Assembly: GCA_902512655.1 (NCBI GenBank)
Contig: CABXJR010000003.1
Coordinates: 3,355-67,354, forward strand
Reading direction: 5' to 3'
DNA: 64,000 bases
Origin: an uncultured SAR86 cluster bacterium
GTDB lineage: Bacteria; Pseudomonadota; Gammaproteobacteria; Magnimaribacterales; D2472
Positions 41,339 through 51,671 of this stretch are shown piece after piece. The position numbers were made by a program, and so were the translations under genes. Position 1 is the stretch's first letter, and each line of letters starts with the position of its first letter. The notes beneath the pieces were generated by a model. It was not told the DNA's origin and made no database searches. It worked only from the letters and a program-made list of their open reading frames with translations.

Positions 41339-42720
41339 TTATTTTTAATCTTTTTATTCAATTTTGATATAATTCCAGCACCTTGTGTAATTAAAATTGA
41401 GAAATTTTTATAATTTGATTGCAACCAAACCAAAGGGTCAGACTTTCCAATGTATTCAGCATTTTTATGATTTTTAGCTATCTCAGAAATTAATTTTTTT
41501 GAAGAAATTCCTTTGATTGGTTTTTCACTGGCGGGATATATGTCTAAAAGCAACAAGCTATCTACTTGGGAGAGCACTTGAACAAAATCATTGAGAAGTT
41601 GTTGAGTCCTAGTAAATCTATGTGGCTCAAAAATCATGCATATTTTCTTACGAGGAAATTTTTGGCGTATTGCTTGAATGGTTGCTGAAATTTCAACAGG
41701 ATGGTGGCCATAATCATCTATTAAAATTCTGGGCTGATCATAGAAATTAAGATTTGAAATCTCAAATCTTCTACCTACACCTTGAAAATCGTTTAATCCT
41801 TTTGAAATATTCTTGATAGAAATATTTTCTTCAATGGCTACACAAATAGCAGCAGTAACATTGTATAGATTATGTTTGCCACTTAAATGGGTAGAAAATT
41901 TATAATGTTTTTTATTGCTGTGGTCTGTTATTTGAAATTTTTGAACACCTTTTCTTAGCTTTATATCAGTTATTTGAAATCTATTTTTTGCACTAAAGCC
42001 AAATGTTATGTGCCTTCTATGAATATCTCTAGAAATCTCACGAATGTTTGAGTCATCTAAATTGAGTAAAATATAACCATAAAAAGGTAAGTTTTCGGCA
42101 AAACTTACAAAAGATTGATTTAATTTTTCTTGATTTGATTCATAAAAATCTAAATGATCGTTGTCTATATTTGTAATTACAGCAATATCAGGTTGAAGAT
42201 GAAGAAATGATCCGTCGCTTTCATCAGCCTCAACAATAATATAGTCGCCCTCCCCAAGATTGGAGCTTCTCCCAACGCTTAATACTTGGCCTCCAATAAC
42301 ATAAGTGGGACTTAAATTTGCTGCGTTAAAAATACTTGCAATTATACTAGTTGTAGTAGTCTTGCCGTGACTGCCAGCAATCGCAATACTTCGATACGGT
42401 TTCATCAGAGTTCCGAGCATCTCAGCCCTAGGAATAATAGTTAATCCAGATTTCTTGGCATATGAAAGTTCATGATTTCTCTTAGATATTGCAGATGAAG
42501 CAACAACCAAATCAGCATTCTTAATAAGCCTAGGCTCGTGACCAATTTGAACTTTAGCACCAAGTTTTTTTAATTCCTTTAACTCATCTGTAATAACAAG
42601 ATCTGAACCCGTAACTTTAAAACCTCTTTTTTGTAAAATCGTAGCAATACCAATCATGCCGGATCCTCCAATACCGATCATGTGAATTTTTTTAAACTTT
42701 TGAAATCCTAAAGCGGTCAT
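41329..42720 (-). CDS. murC: UDP-N-acetylmuramate--L-alanine ligase
   Basis: 463 aa. GIGGSGM and GSHGKTTTTS. Confidence 0.95.
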   Translation of the reverse strand: MTALGFQKFKKIHMIGIGGSGMIGIATILQKRGFKVTGSDLVITDELKELKKLGAKVQIGHEPRLIKNADLVVASSAISKRNHELSYAKKSGLTIIPRAEMLGTLMKPYRSIAIAGSHGKTTTTSIIASIFNAANLSPTYVIGGQVLSVGRSSNLGEGDYIIVEADESDGSFLHLQPDIAVITNIDNDHLDFYESNQEKLNQSFVSFAENLPFYGYILLNLDDSNIREISRDIHRRHITFGFSAKNRFQITDIKLRKGVQKFQITDHSNKKHYKFSTHLSGKHNLYNVTAAICVAIEENISIKNISKGLNDFQGVGRRFEISNLNFYDQPRILIDDYGHHPVEISATIQAIRQKFPRKKICMIFEPHRFTRTQQLLNDFVQVLSQVDSLLLLDIYPASEKPIKGISSKKLISEIAKNHKNAEYIGKSDPLVWLQSNYKNFSILITQGAGIISKLNKKIKNKWQ

Positions 42721-42733
42721 ATATTTTTAAATT

Positions 42734-43765
42734 TTAAAATTTTAAAATTGAACTTAGCATTGTTACTGCTGCTTGGAAATGGTCTAAATTACTCTCTGTC
42801 TCTGACCATTTCAAATAAAGCTTTTGTTCAATAATATGATTAAGTTTTTTCGAGAGGGATTCAACAGATTCAAGCTCAGTATGAATCAACCCCATATCTA
42901 AATCTGAGATATATTTAGCATTGAAGAGCTGATGATTATCAATTGCAGATGGCAAAGGAATCATAAGAGACCCTCTTCTTAAACTAATGGCTTCTGATAA
43001 AGAAAGCGCGCCTGCTCTAGAAATAATGAAATCTGACCACAAAATTACCTCATGAGGTAAATCATAAAACTCTTCTACCTCTATAGAGATATTGCTTGAG
43101 TATAACTCTTTTATCCCTAATGATTTTCCATTTCCAGATTGATGCTTCACTTCTAATGGGATGTTCAGTTGATTTAAAGCAATAGGTATATTTTTATTTA
43201 TAAATTCAGAGCCTTGACTTCCGCCTGTTATATAAATCCTTATAGGCTCATGATTTAGGTTTATGAAAGAGGATGATTTCAACTGTTGAATAGGATTTCC
43301 TACGAGCATCATTTTTTTTGAAATCGGTTCATTAATTGAAAACCCTAAAAAAATTATTTCTGAAAATTTTTTTAACATCTTATTGGATGTTCCCATGATT
43401 GCATTTTGCTCATGCAAGAAAAGAGGTTTTCTGCAAATCCATGCCGATAACCCGACTGGTAAAGAGATATATCCTCCGAAGCAAACTATATAATCAATAT
43501 TGTTACTTTGTATATAAAAAATACTTTTAAAAATTGAAGCTATTAGACCTATCAAGGAAGTGATTTTAAAAATCAAATTTTTTCCTCTAAACCCTTTCAT
43601 AGGAATAGTTAAAAGTTCTATTTTCTGAGGGAGGACTCTATTTTCTATACCAGTTTTTGTTCCAATCCAAAGAACCTCATGATCATTTTTGATACATTCT
43701 CTGCCAAACTCTAGTGCCGGAAAAACATGACCCCCGGTTCCTGCTGCAGAAATTAAAAATTTCAT
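42734..43765 (-). CDS. murG: Undecaprenyldiphospho-muramoylpentapeptide beta-N-acetylglucosaminyltransferase
   Basis: 343 aa. Has AGTGGHVFPAL and a SRAGA.S..E-like motif. Confidence 0.93.
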   Translation of the reverse strand: MKFLISAAGTGGHVFPALEFGRECIKNDHEVLWIGTKTGIENRVLPQKIELLTIPMKGFRGKNLIFKITSLIGLIASIFKSIFYIQSNNIDYIVCFGGYISLPVGLSAWICRKPLFLHEQNAIMGTSNKMLKKFSEIIFLGFSINEPISKKMMLVGNPIQQLKSSSFINLNHEPIRIYITGGSQGSEFINKNIPIALNQLNIPLEVKHQSGNGKSLGIKELYSSNISIEVEEFYDLPHEVILWSDFIISRAGALSLSEAISLRRGSLMIPLPSAIDNHQLFNAKYISDLDMGLIHTELESVESLSKKLNHIIEQKLYLKWSETESNLDHFQAAVTMLSSILKF

Positions 43766-44868
43766 TACTTTATCGTCTTATTTTCAAAATTAATTCTTAA
43801 AACTAGGCCCATTAAAAACATAAATAAAATTAAGCTTGTGCCCCCATAACTTATAAAAGGAAGAGTTAAGCCCTTTGTTGGCAAGATTCCAAGATTCACT
43901 CCTATATTAAACAATACTTGAATTGCAATCAAAATACCTGCTCCAAAAGAAAGCAACCCTTGAAATAACTTACCTAGCTCTAGTGCTTTTATTGATGTCT
44001 TAATGATGCCTAGAATTAATAAAGCAAATAAAAAAATTACCATTAACCCTCCAACTAATCCAAACTCTTCAACAATTACAGCAAAAATAAAATCAGTATG
44101 TGGCTCGGGTAGATATAAATTTTTTTGCAGACTATTACCTAAACCTAGACCGAACCACTCGCCCCTCCCGATGCCTAGTAGCGCATTTGATAACTGCCAT
44201 CCTGGCCCATAAAAATTCTCAAACGGCTCAGTAAATGAAATAAATCTTATATACCTATAAGGCTCTAGGTATACGGCAACAGCAGCCAATGCCGCCATAA
44301 GCAAGATTAATAGTGAGAATTGCAAAAATGAAATTCCTGCAAAAAACAATATTGCAATCACCAAAGCTCCAATTACAAGTGTTGATCCAAGATCAGGTTG
44401 GGACATAATTAATAACCCGAAAAGAGCCAAAACAGCCAAAGGTCTTAAAAAACCCAATGAAGTATTAATTTCTCTTAGTCTTCTAACGCAATAACCTGAA
44501 ATATATATTACTAAAGCTATCTTGCTTACTTCTGAGGGTTGAATATTTATTGGGCCAATTCTAATCCATCTAAGACTTCCATTGACTTCTGTGCCCACCC
44601 CAGGAAAAAAAAGAGCAATAAGTAACAAAAAAGAACCAATTAAAATTACCCAATCTAATGTTATAAATAAATTTGATGGGATGCTTAAAGCAATAATTGT
44701 TGCAAAGACACCAATAATAAAAAAAATTATTTGCCTTGAAGCAAAATGAAAAGGAGTCCCATAAATATCCTCAGATACATAAATGCTTGAAGATGCAACC
44801 ATCACCAGACCTATAAACAACAAAGAGAGATATGGAAGAACAATTAATATGTTGTCGCGATCAATCAT
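43765..44868 (-). CDS. ftsW: Peptidoglycan glycosyltransferase FtsW (SEDS)
   Basis: 367 aa polytopic protein. QPSE..K, P.PHTDFIF, and LPF.SYGG.S. Confidence 0.93.
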   Translation of the reverse strand: MIDRDNILIVLPYLSLLFIGLVMVASSSIYVSEDIYGTPFHFASRQIIFFIIGVFATIIALSIPSNLFITLDWVILIGSFLLLIALFFPGVGTEVNGSLRWIRIGPINIQPSEVSKIALVIYISGYCVRRLREINTSLGFLRPLAVLALFGLLIMSQPDLGSTLVIGALVIAILFFAGISFLQFSLLILLMAALAAVAVYLEPYRYIRFISFTEPFENFYGPGWQLSNALLGIGRGEWFGLGLGNSLQKNLYLPEPHTDFIFAVIVEEFGLVGGLMVIFLFALLILGIIKTSIKALELGKLFQGLLSFGAGILIAIQVLFNIGVNLGILPTKGLTLPFISYGGTSLILFMFLMGLVLRINFENKTIK

Positions 44869-45922
44869 TTGAACTCATTGCAAGCTTTATAAAATGATCT
44901 CCTCGTTCTTCAAAGTTTTTATAATCTTGACCGCTTGGATGACCGGGAGAAAAAAGTATATGAGTTTGAGAATCATATTTTTCCTTAAATATGGATCTCA
45001 TAACAGATAAAAGGCCTTGATTATGGAGCAATATTTTTTCTGGGTGAAATATTTTGCTTGATATCTCTTCTGCATGATTGCCGAAAATGTAAATCTTTGT
45101 TGGGCCTACAATTTCATAGCTTTCATATTGCTCTTTATCTGGATTTCCGCAAAGGATCAATACATAAGGGTTAGACATTTTATTTAATGCAAATTTTAGT
45201 GCTGTCAAATTAGTTGCCTTAGAATCATTGATAAATACCATTTGATCATGCCTTACTATGTACTGATGCCTGTGAGGCAAATCTTTTAACTCAATATCTT
45301 GCACTAATCTTTGAGGTCTACCAGTAATCATCGACCATAATTTTCTTGGATCAGACTCTTCCGTTGTTTTTTTTGATTCATTAATTCTATTTTTAACTTT
45401 CTTATACTCTTCAAAATTTACATGATGATCAATATGATCAGGAGAAATGTTTAAGAGAACTCCTAAATCTAGCTGAATCTCTTTCATCTTCTCAAGCTGA
45501 AAGCTAGAAAGCTCAATTATTGAATATCGACAAGAATTAATATTATCCAATACTGGTGCGCCAATATTACCAACTAATTGAGATTCTTCTAAAAGCTGAT
45601 GCAAGTGATAACAGCAAGTACTTTTTCCATTAGTGCCAGTAATTCCAATTTTGTAAGACTTATCCTCTTTAAAAAAAATATCTAAGTCAGTTAAATACGT
45701 AATTTTGTCAAATTCTCCATTTGCATAAATCTTCTTTATATTGATTCCAGGGCTCAAATAAACCATCTCATAGGAATTTAATTTTTTTTCATTGGGCAAT
45801 TTATTAAAGATATTAGGCCCTTTCACATTTTTGTCATAGATTTCGAAAGATTTACCTTTATTTTTTAAATACCTTTCTATGGATTGGCCTGTAACTCCAT
45901 AACCAAAAATAAGGACTTTCAT
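44861..45922 (-). CDS. murD: UDP-N-acetylmuramoylalanine--D-glutamate ligase (compact, 353 aa)
   Basis: ITGTNGKST P-loop, NISPDHIDHH, and the C-terminal end SPG..S.D.YKNFEERG. Confidence 0.9.
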   Translation of the reverse strand: MKVLIFGYGVTGQSIERYLKNKGKSFEIYDKNVKGPNIFNKLPNEKKLNSYEMVYLSPGINIKKIYANGEFDKITYLTDLDIFFKEDKSYKIGITGTNGKSTCCYHLHQLLEESQLVGNIGAPVLDNINSCRYSIIELSSFQLEKMKEIQLDLGVLLNISPDHIDHHVNFEEYKKVKNRINESKKTTEESDPRKLWSMITGRPQRLVQDIELKDLPHRHQYIVRHDQMVFINDSKATNLTALKFALNKMSNPYVLILCGNPDKEQYESYEIVGPTKIYIFGNHAEEISSKIFHPEKILLHNQGLLSVMRSIFKEKYDSQTHILFSPGHPSGQDYKNFEERGDHFIKLAMSSND

Positions 45923-45928
45923 TAAGGG

Positions 45929-47014
45929 TTATCTGAGCTTTAAGGTTGCAAGTGCAAATAAGACAAGTACAAAAGTTATAATCCAAAATCGAACAATAAC
46001 TTTTGGTTCGGCCCAGCCTTTTAATTCAAAATGGTGATGAATTGGCGCCATCAAAAAAACTCTCTTACCTCTTAATTTATATGAGCCCACTTGGATAATA
46101 ACGCTCAAAGTTTCCATCACAAAAACTCCTGCCATAATTGCAAATACTATCTCATGTCTTATTAAAACTGCCAGGGTGCCTAAAATTCCTCCAAGTGTTA
46201 AAGATCCTAAATCTCCCATAAATATCTGAGCAGGATATGTGTTGTACCAAAGAAAACCTATACCAGCTCCTATCAAGGCTCCACAAAACACAATTAACTC
46301 TCCACTAAGCGGGTTAAATGGGATGAATAAATAATCAGAGATGATTAAGTTTCCAGATGCATAAGCAATGAGACCAAGACCGCCAGCTATCAAGACTGAT
46401 GGCAGAATTGCAAGCCCATCAAGACCGTCGGTTAGATTAACTGCATTAGACGATCCAATGATTACAAAAATGCTAATCAACAGAAAAATAAAAGGCGAAA
46501 TTACAAATATATATTCTTTATTAAAAGGCAAAATAAAAATTTGTTCATTTCCATTAGGGGAAACCTGCAACATAAATAACATTGAGAGCAAAGCAAAAAG
46601 AAATTGCAAGATGAGCTTATATTTTCCTTTTAAGCCTTTTGAGTTTTTTTCCTTTATTTTCAACCAGTCATCTAAAAATCCTATAGAGCTAAATGAGACG
46701 GTAATAAACATAAGAATCCATACGTATGGATTTTTAAAATCTGACCAAAACAATGTTGAAATAATTAATGAGAAGATAATAATTAAACCTCCCATAGTGG
46801 GTGTTCCAGTCTTTGCAAGATGTGACTCAGGCCCATCCCCCCTAATGGATTGTGAGAACTGAATATTTGTTAAAAATCTAATTAAGGCCGGACCAAGAAA
46901 AATTGACAGCATTAGCGCTGTAAGGGTCCCCCCAATAGTTCTTACAGTTAAATAACGCAGGACATCGAAGCCAGAATCATATGTCATTAACCAAGTACCA
47001 AATAATTCGATCAT
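45929..47014 (-). CDS. mraY: Phospho-N-acetylmuramoyl-pentapeptide transferase
   Basis: 361 aa. KTGTPTMGG, NAVNLTDGLDGLA, and APIHHHFE. Confidence 0.96.
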   Translation of the reverse strand: MIELFGTWLMTYDSGFDVLRYLTVRTIGGTLTALMLSIFLGPALIRFLTNIQFSQSIRGDGPESHLAKTGTPTMGGLIIIFSLIISTLFWSDFKNPYVWILMFITVSFSSIGFLDDWLKIKEKNSKGLKGKYKLILQFLFALLSMLFMLQVSPNGNEQIFILPFNKEYIFVISPFIFLLISIFVIIGSSNAVNLTDGLDGLAILPSVLIAGGLGLIAYASGNLIISDYLFIPFNPLSGELIVFCGALIGAGIGFLWYNTYPAQIFMGDLGSLTLGGILGTLAVLIRHEIVFAIMAGVFVMETLSVIIQVGSYKLRGKRVFLMAPIHHHFELKGWAEPKVIVRFWIITFVLVLFALATLKLR

Positions 47015-47015
47015 A

Positions 47016-48362
47016 TTATTTCCATAAGTTTAGAATTTCTTCCATTCGCATTGATCTTGAGCCTTTTAATAGTATTTTCTCTTTTCCTTTAAGATTTTTT
47101 TTCAAGAAATTTACTAACTCCAGCTTATTTTTAAAGAAAAAACCATTATTGCCAAATGCAAATACTGTATGACGGATTAAATCTCCATATCCAATCAAAC
47201 AATCTACCCCATGTATTTTGGCATAGTCTCCCAAGTCAATGTGTAGTTTTTTTCTAAATCTCCCCAACTCTCCCATGTCTCCAAGGATTGCAACCTTTCT
47301 TCCTTGAAATTGACACAAAACATCTAATGCAGCTTTCATAGAATCAGGATTAGCATTATATGAATCATCGATAACCGTTGATTGCTTAACCCATAATTTT
47401 AAATCTAAACGCTGAGGTGAATTCTTAAGTCCTCTCAGGCCATCTGTAAAGTCCTTTGTGTTTAACCTAGCAGCATAAATTGCTGCAAAAGAAGCAAGAA
47501 TATTTAATATATTATGCATTCCTATAAGTCTTGTTTTTATTTGCACTTTTTTCTTTAAGTGGGTTGATTTAATAAAAAAGGATAGGCCTTCTTTTGTCAT
47601 CTTAATTTGAGATGGGAAAAAAGATGCTGAAGGCTCTTGGCCAAATGTATAAAAGGTAATGTCATTCCTCATTTTTTTCCAGTAATCAACATATTGACCT
47701 TTTGGAACAATGGCTGAGCCATTTGTTTTGATGTTTTTTATAAGCTCAGACTTTACCCGAAGGACTCCCTTAACTGAGTTTAATCCCTCTAAATGAGAAT
47801 GACCTATATGGGTAATAATACCAATATTTGGCTTAATTATTTTTGATAGTAGATCTATATCACCTGGTTTTGCTGCACCCATCTCAAAAATTGCCGTGCT
47901 ATTTTGTGAGTCCAGTTCCAAAGCACACAGTGGTAAACCAATTTCATTATTGTAGTTCTGGTAAGTGCCATAACTATTTTTTATGCAAGTATTTAAAATG
48001 GTTTTAGTTGTTGTTTTTCCATTGCTTCCAGTAACCCCAATGACTATCCCTTTATACCTTTCAATTGCCATCTCGGCAGCACTAATCAAACATCCTTCAG
48101 GGCTTTTAACTGAAATAATTTTTGGTGAATAAGCCATAGAATTTGAAATTTTGCTCTTTCTTATAATTGCTAAAGATGCTCCTTTGTTGATTGCATCTTC
48201 CCCGTAAAAGCTGCCATCCTCTTTTGAGCCAGTCAGACCAAAAAAAACTGAATTCTTTTTTACTTTCCTTGAATCTATTTGAAAATTGCTAATTGGTAAA
48301 TTTGATTCACCGTCAAGTTGAAGGAGGGTTAATAAATCTTTTGTATTGTTAATTAGTTTCAT
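47016..48362 (-). CDS. murF: UDP-MurNAc-tripeptide--D-alanyl-D-alanine ligase
   Basis: 448 aa. GVTGSNGKTTTK and DDSYNANP. Confidence 0.94.
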   Translation of the reverse strand: MKLINNTKDLLTLLQLDGESNLPISNFQIDSRKVKKNSVFFGLTGSKEDGSFYGEDAINKGASLAIIRKSKISNSMAYSPKIISVKSPEGCLISAAEMAIERYKGIVIGVTGSNGKTTTKTILNTCIKNSYGTYQNYNNEIGLPLCALELDSQNSTAIFEMGAAKPGDIDLLSKIIKPNIGIITHIGHSHLEGLNSVKGVLRVKSELIKNIKTNGSAIVPKGQYVDYWKKMRNDITFYTFGQEPSASFFPSQIKMTKEGLSFFIKSTHLKKKVQIKTRLIGMHNILNILASFAAIYAARLNTKDFTDGLRGLKNSPQRLDLKLWVKQSTVIDDSYNANPDSMKAALDVLCQFQGRKVAILGDMGELGRFRKKLHIDLGDYAKIHGVDCLIGYGDLIRHTVFAFGNNGFFFKNKLELVNFLKKNLKGKEKILLKGSRSMRMEEILNLWK

Positions 48363-49809
48363 TGCCTAAAATTTCTAGAACACAATCTTTGTCATTAAAC
48401 GGTACTTTTTTTGAAAATACGTCCATATAGGTCTCATGACCTTTACCCAATATTACCAATATATTTTCTTTATTTAAGCATCCAAGTGCTAAGCTAATAG
48501 CTTCCTGCCTATCCTCTAAAATTTCAATACTTGTATGAGAATTTCCGACCATTGCATCTTTAGCAATAGAAGAAAAAGGCTCATAGCGATTGTTATCAGA
48601 TGTGAAAAATACTTTGCTGGCAAAATCTTGAGCCACCTTCATCATCTTGGACCTTTTAGATCTATCTCGATCTCCGCCACATCCAAAAACTAAAATTATT
48701 TCTTCATGATAATTGACTAATTCAGAAAGAATGTTTTGAATGGATTGATGGTCATGAGCAAAATCAATCAAGATATTCCCCTCTCTTAATCTTAAAATCT
48801 CGCCTCTTCCTTGCGGGAGTTTGATTGTATTATTTCTAATACTCTTAAATTCATTCAAAGAGATTTGGTCTGAAATTAAGGCAATAGCTGAAATATAGTT
48901 TTCTACATTAAATTTAAGAAATAATGAAACCTGAGCATCTAAGCATAAATTAGGAAAACTTAATTTTATATTTGAACTTCCGTTTGGATTATATTCAAGA
49001 GAATACTTTAATGCAGCTGAAGCATCAGTTGAACTTAAGAATTGTGATTTTGAAAGTTGTTTTTTTTGATCATCAGAAAAATTTTTAAGCAAGTCTTGAA
49101 TTTTGTCTATCAAGATAATTGTAGGATTTTTATTATTAAGTTCGATGATTGATAATTTTGCATTAATGTAATTTGATGCTGTTTTGTGATAATCCAAATG
49201 ATCAGATTGAATATTCAGAAGTGCTGTTTGTGAAAAAGGTAGGTTGCCCAACCGTTTTTGTGCTAATGCATGAGAGGAAATCTCAATGAAGATATATGTT
49301 TTTTGCTGAAATTTACAAGTCTGCAAAATTTGAAATATCTCAAATATCCCAGGTGTCGTGTTACCTTTTGTCTCGAAAAGATCGTCATTGATTATAGCTC
49401 CTAAAGTACCAATATAAACTGAGGGTTTTTTAAGAGTTCTGATTATATTATGAGCCATAAATGCTGTTGTTGTTTTCCCATTAGTTCCTGTTACGCCATG
49501 AAAGATAAAATCATCTTCAGATAAACCATAAAAGCTAAAAAGGATTTCCAAGATCTTTTCTTCCAAATTATCTAAGCAATAAATTGGTATATCGATCTCT
49601 TCATTTAATTTTTGGTCGGTAATAATGCAGGATGCTCCCTTTTGAACAGCATCTCTAATAAATTCATTTCCGTGTGAATCCACCCCCTGCCTTGCGAAAA
49701 ATAAAGAATTCTCTTGAACGTCTCTGGAATCATCTGTAATGGATGAGATAAAAAGATCATCAAACTCATTTGTATTAATGAAAGGTTTAATGATAGATAA
49801 TTTATTCAT
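48349..49809 (-). CDS. murE: UDP-MurNAc-L-Ala-D-Glu--2,6-diaminopimelate ligase
   Basis: 486 aa. GVTGTNGKTTT, and a DNNR motif in FFTSDNNRYE. Confidence 0.93.
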   Translation of the reverse strand: MNKLSIIKPFINTNEFDDLFISSITDDSRDVQENSLFFARQGVDSHGNEFIRDAVQKGASCIITDQKLNEEIDIPIYCLDNLEEKILEILFSFYGLSEDDFIFHGVTGTNGKTTTAFMAHNIIRTLKKPSVYIGTLGAIINDDLFETKGNTTPGIFEIFQILQTCKFQQKTYIFIEISSHALAQKRLGNLPFSQTALLNIQSDHLDYHKTASNYINAKLSIIELNNKNPTIILIDKIQDLLKNFSDDQKKQLSKSQFLSSTDASAALKYSLEYNPNGSSNIKLSFPNLCLDAQVSLFLKFNVENYISAIALISDQISLNEFKSIRNNTIKLPQGRGEILRLREGNILIDFAHDHQSIQNILSELVNYHEEIILVFGCGGDRDRSKRSKMMKVAQDFASKVFFTSDNNRYEPFSSIAKDAMVGNSHTSIEILEDRQEAISLALGCLNKENILVILGKGHETYMDVFSKKVPFNDKDCVLEILGNETN

Positions 49810-51406
49810 TCAGATAACTTAAGACATCGCTAGAAATAGCTGCAAACAATGGAGCAGCTAAAGCACCACCGGAATAATTATTTAGCCCTGGCTCATCAAT
49901 GCTGACAAAAATTGTAAGCCTTTTAGATGTTAATGGCGCAATTCCTGCAAAAGACGATATATATTTGCTTTGATCATATCCACCTTTTGAGCTGGCTTTA
50001 TGAGATGTTCCTGTTTTTCCTGCAACATCATAATTTGATATTCTTGCAAGGCTTCCAGTTCCATCTGATACAGCTAATTTTAATGACTCTAATACATCAG
50101 CAGCAGCATCTTTGCCTATTACTCTCTGCTTATAAACTTCAACATCATCTAAAAAAATTTTAAAATCTTTAAGATATCCCTCATTAGCAAATACTGAATA
50201 TGCTTGAGCTAATTGCAATGAGGAAGCGGTCATGCTGTACCCAAATCCGATACTTGCGATTTCATGATCAGAGATATTCTCCCTAGAGTTAATAACACCA
50301 TATGCAATGCTAGGAAAAAAAATATTGGGAGGCTTTGAAAGACCAAACCCTTTGTAACCTGAAATCAATCCCTCTATTCCAACTTGCAAAGCTAGCTTTG
50401 AAGCTCCAACTTGGCTTGATTTTGCAATAATTTCACTCGTGGTAAGGTTATGATAGTTTTTAGGATCAGATATCGTCCTACCACTCAAATTTATAAATCC
50501 TGGGCTTGTATCTATTACCTGATTTTTAGAGACTATTCCCATATCAATACCCTTGGCTAAAGCTAATGGTTTAATAATTGAGCCGGGTTCAAATGCATCA
50601 ACCAAAGCTCTATTTCTCTTTATCTTTCTTTTGGGGCTATTAGGATTGTATGAAGGATAACTAGCTATTGCTAAAATTTCTCCGGAAATATTATCCAACA
50701 CTATCGCGCTGCCACCTTTTGCATTATTCGCTTCAACAAAGCTTGAAAGGTGTTTATATGCATAAAATTGAACCCTGCTATCAATAGTTAACTTTTTATC
50801 AAAACCCTTGATTACTTCTTGAGTTACTTTAGGTCTCCTGCTTGCATTTCTATAAATAGTTTCTTGCCCAGGCACACCAGACAATTCAACGTCTAAAATA
50901 TTCTCAAGTCCCTCCAAGCCAAATCCATCTTTCCCAGCAAATCCGATCAAGGTAGATATTTGTTCGCCCAATGGATAATAGCGTTTTTGAAATGATTCAA
51001 TCTCAATACCAGAAAGTTTCAGGTTTTTAATATTCTCATATTGAGAAAAATTTAAATTAGAAAAAATTAAAGTTTTTTTATTAATTTGTTTAATAGCAGA
51101 AAAATCTTTTTGTAAAATAAGAAAATCTTTTAATTTATTGAAATCGCCTTCTGAAAAATTTTTTAGAGCATATAAATCATATTGATTGATTGATACCGCA
51201 AGAGGAACATCATTTCTATCCATTATGCTCCCTCGGTTAGCAGGTATTGACCTGGAGGTCTCGAGCATGCTCTCGCCTTTAGATTTTAAGAAATCTCCTT
51301 CAATATATTGAAGGCTAACGATTCTAAAAACTAAGATTAGTAAACTGAATGATAAAAATATATATATTAGATACGCCCGCCAACTATAACCAAAGTTATT
51401 TTTCAT
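49802..51406 (-). CDS. ftsI: Peptidoglycan D,D-transpeptidase FtsI (PBP3)
   Basis: 534 aa. N-terminal TM helix, SxxK in EPGSIIKP, and KTGT in AGKTGTS. Confidence 0.93.
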   Translation of the reverse strand: MKNNFGYSWRAYLIYIFLSFSLLILVFRIVSLQYIEGDFLKSKGESMLETSRSIPANRGSIMDRNDVPLAVSINQYDLYALKNFSEGDFNKLKDFLILQKDFSAIKQINKKTLIFSNLNFSQYENIKNLKLSGIEIESFQKRYYPLGEQISTLIGFAGKDGFGLEGLENILDVELSGVPGQETIYRNASRRPKVTQEVIKGFDKKLTIDSRVQFYAYKHLSSFVEANNAKGGSAIVLDNISGEILAIASYPSYNPNSPKRKIKRNRALVDAFEPGSIIKPLALAKGIDMGIVSKNQVIDTSPGFINLSGRTISDPKNYHNLTTSEIIAKSSQVGASKLALQVGIEGLISGYKGFGLSKPPNIFFPSIAYGVINSRENISDHEIASIGFGYSMTASSLQLAQAYSVFANEGYLKDFKIFLDDVEVYKQRVIGKDAAADVLESLKLAVSDGTGSLARISNYDVAGKTGTSHKASSKGGYDQSKYISSFAGIAPLTSKRLTIFVSIDEPGLNNYSGGALAAPLFAAISSDVLSYLNE

Positions 51407-51671
51407 AAGTTATATTAATTGCTTTCGTAATCTCCACCATCTGTAAAATTTCTTTTGCATGGCGTTCAACTTTAGCTGGAGAGCTAAGATGATAGTATTC
51501 AGTTTTTAAATTAAAATTTATTTTGGTCAATTTATTATTTGCAACTTGGAGATAAGCATTGTTCTCATGCTCTTGGCTAAATTGCCATCTAATTTTTATA
51601 GTCTCCAGACATACACAAAATAAAATAAAAATATTTATAAATAAAATATAAATAAAAATATCTTTTTTCAT
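51396..51671 (-). CDS. ftsL: Cell division protein FtsL
   Basis: 91 aa bitopic protein with TM helix IFIYILFINIFILFCV. Lies between rsmH and ftsI. Confidence 0.8.
   Translation of the reverse strand: MKKDIFIYILFINIFILFCVCLETIKIRWQFSQEHENNAYLQVANNKLTKINFNLKTEYYHLSSPAKVERHAKEILQMVEITKAINITYEK

Noticed and set aside
46368-46862. 164-aa plus-strand ORF antisense to mraY. Similar antisense ORFs: 11725-12177 in bepA, 58315-58653 and 58060-58287 in petB, 8659-8970 in dapA, 53290-53550 in ftsZ, and others in the track.
   Set aside because: All lie entirely inside well-supported conserved genes on the opposite strand. They have no recognisable motifs, SD or conserved-looking composition. Open antisense frames are expected opposite strongly codon-biased genes, so I treat them as spurious.
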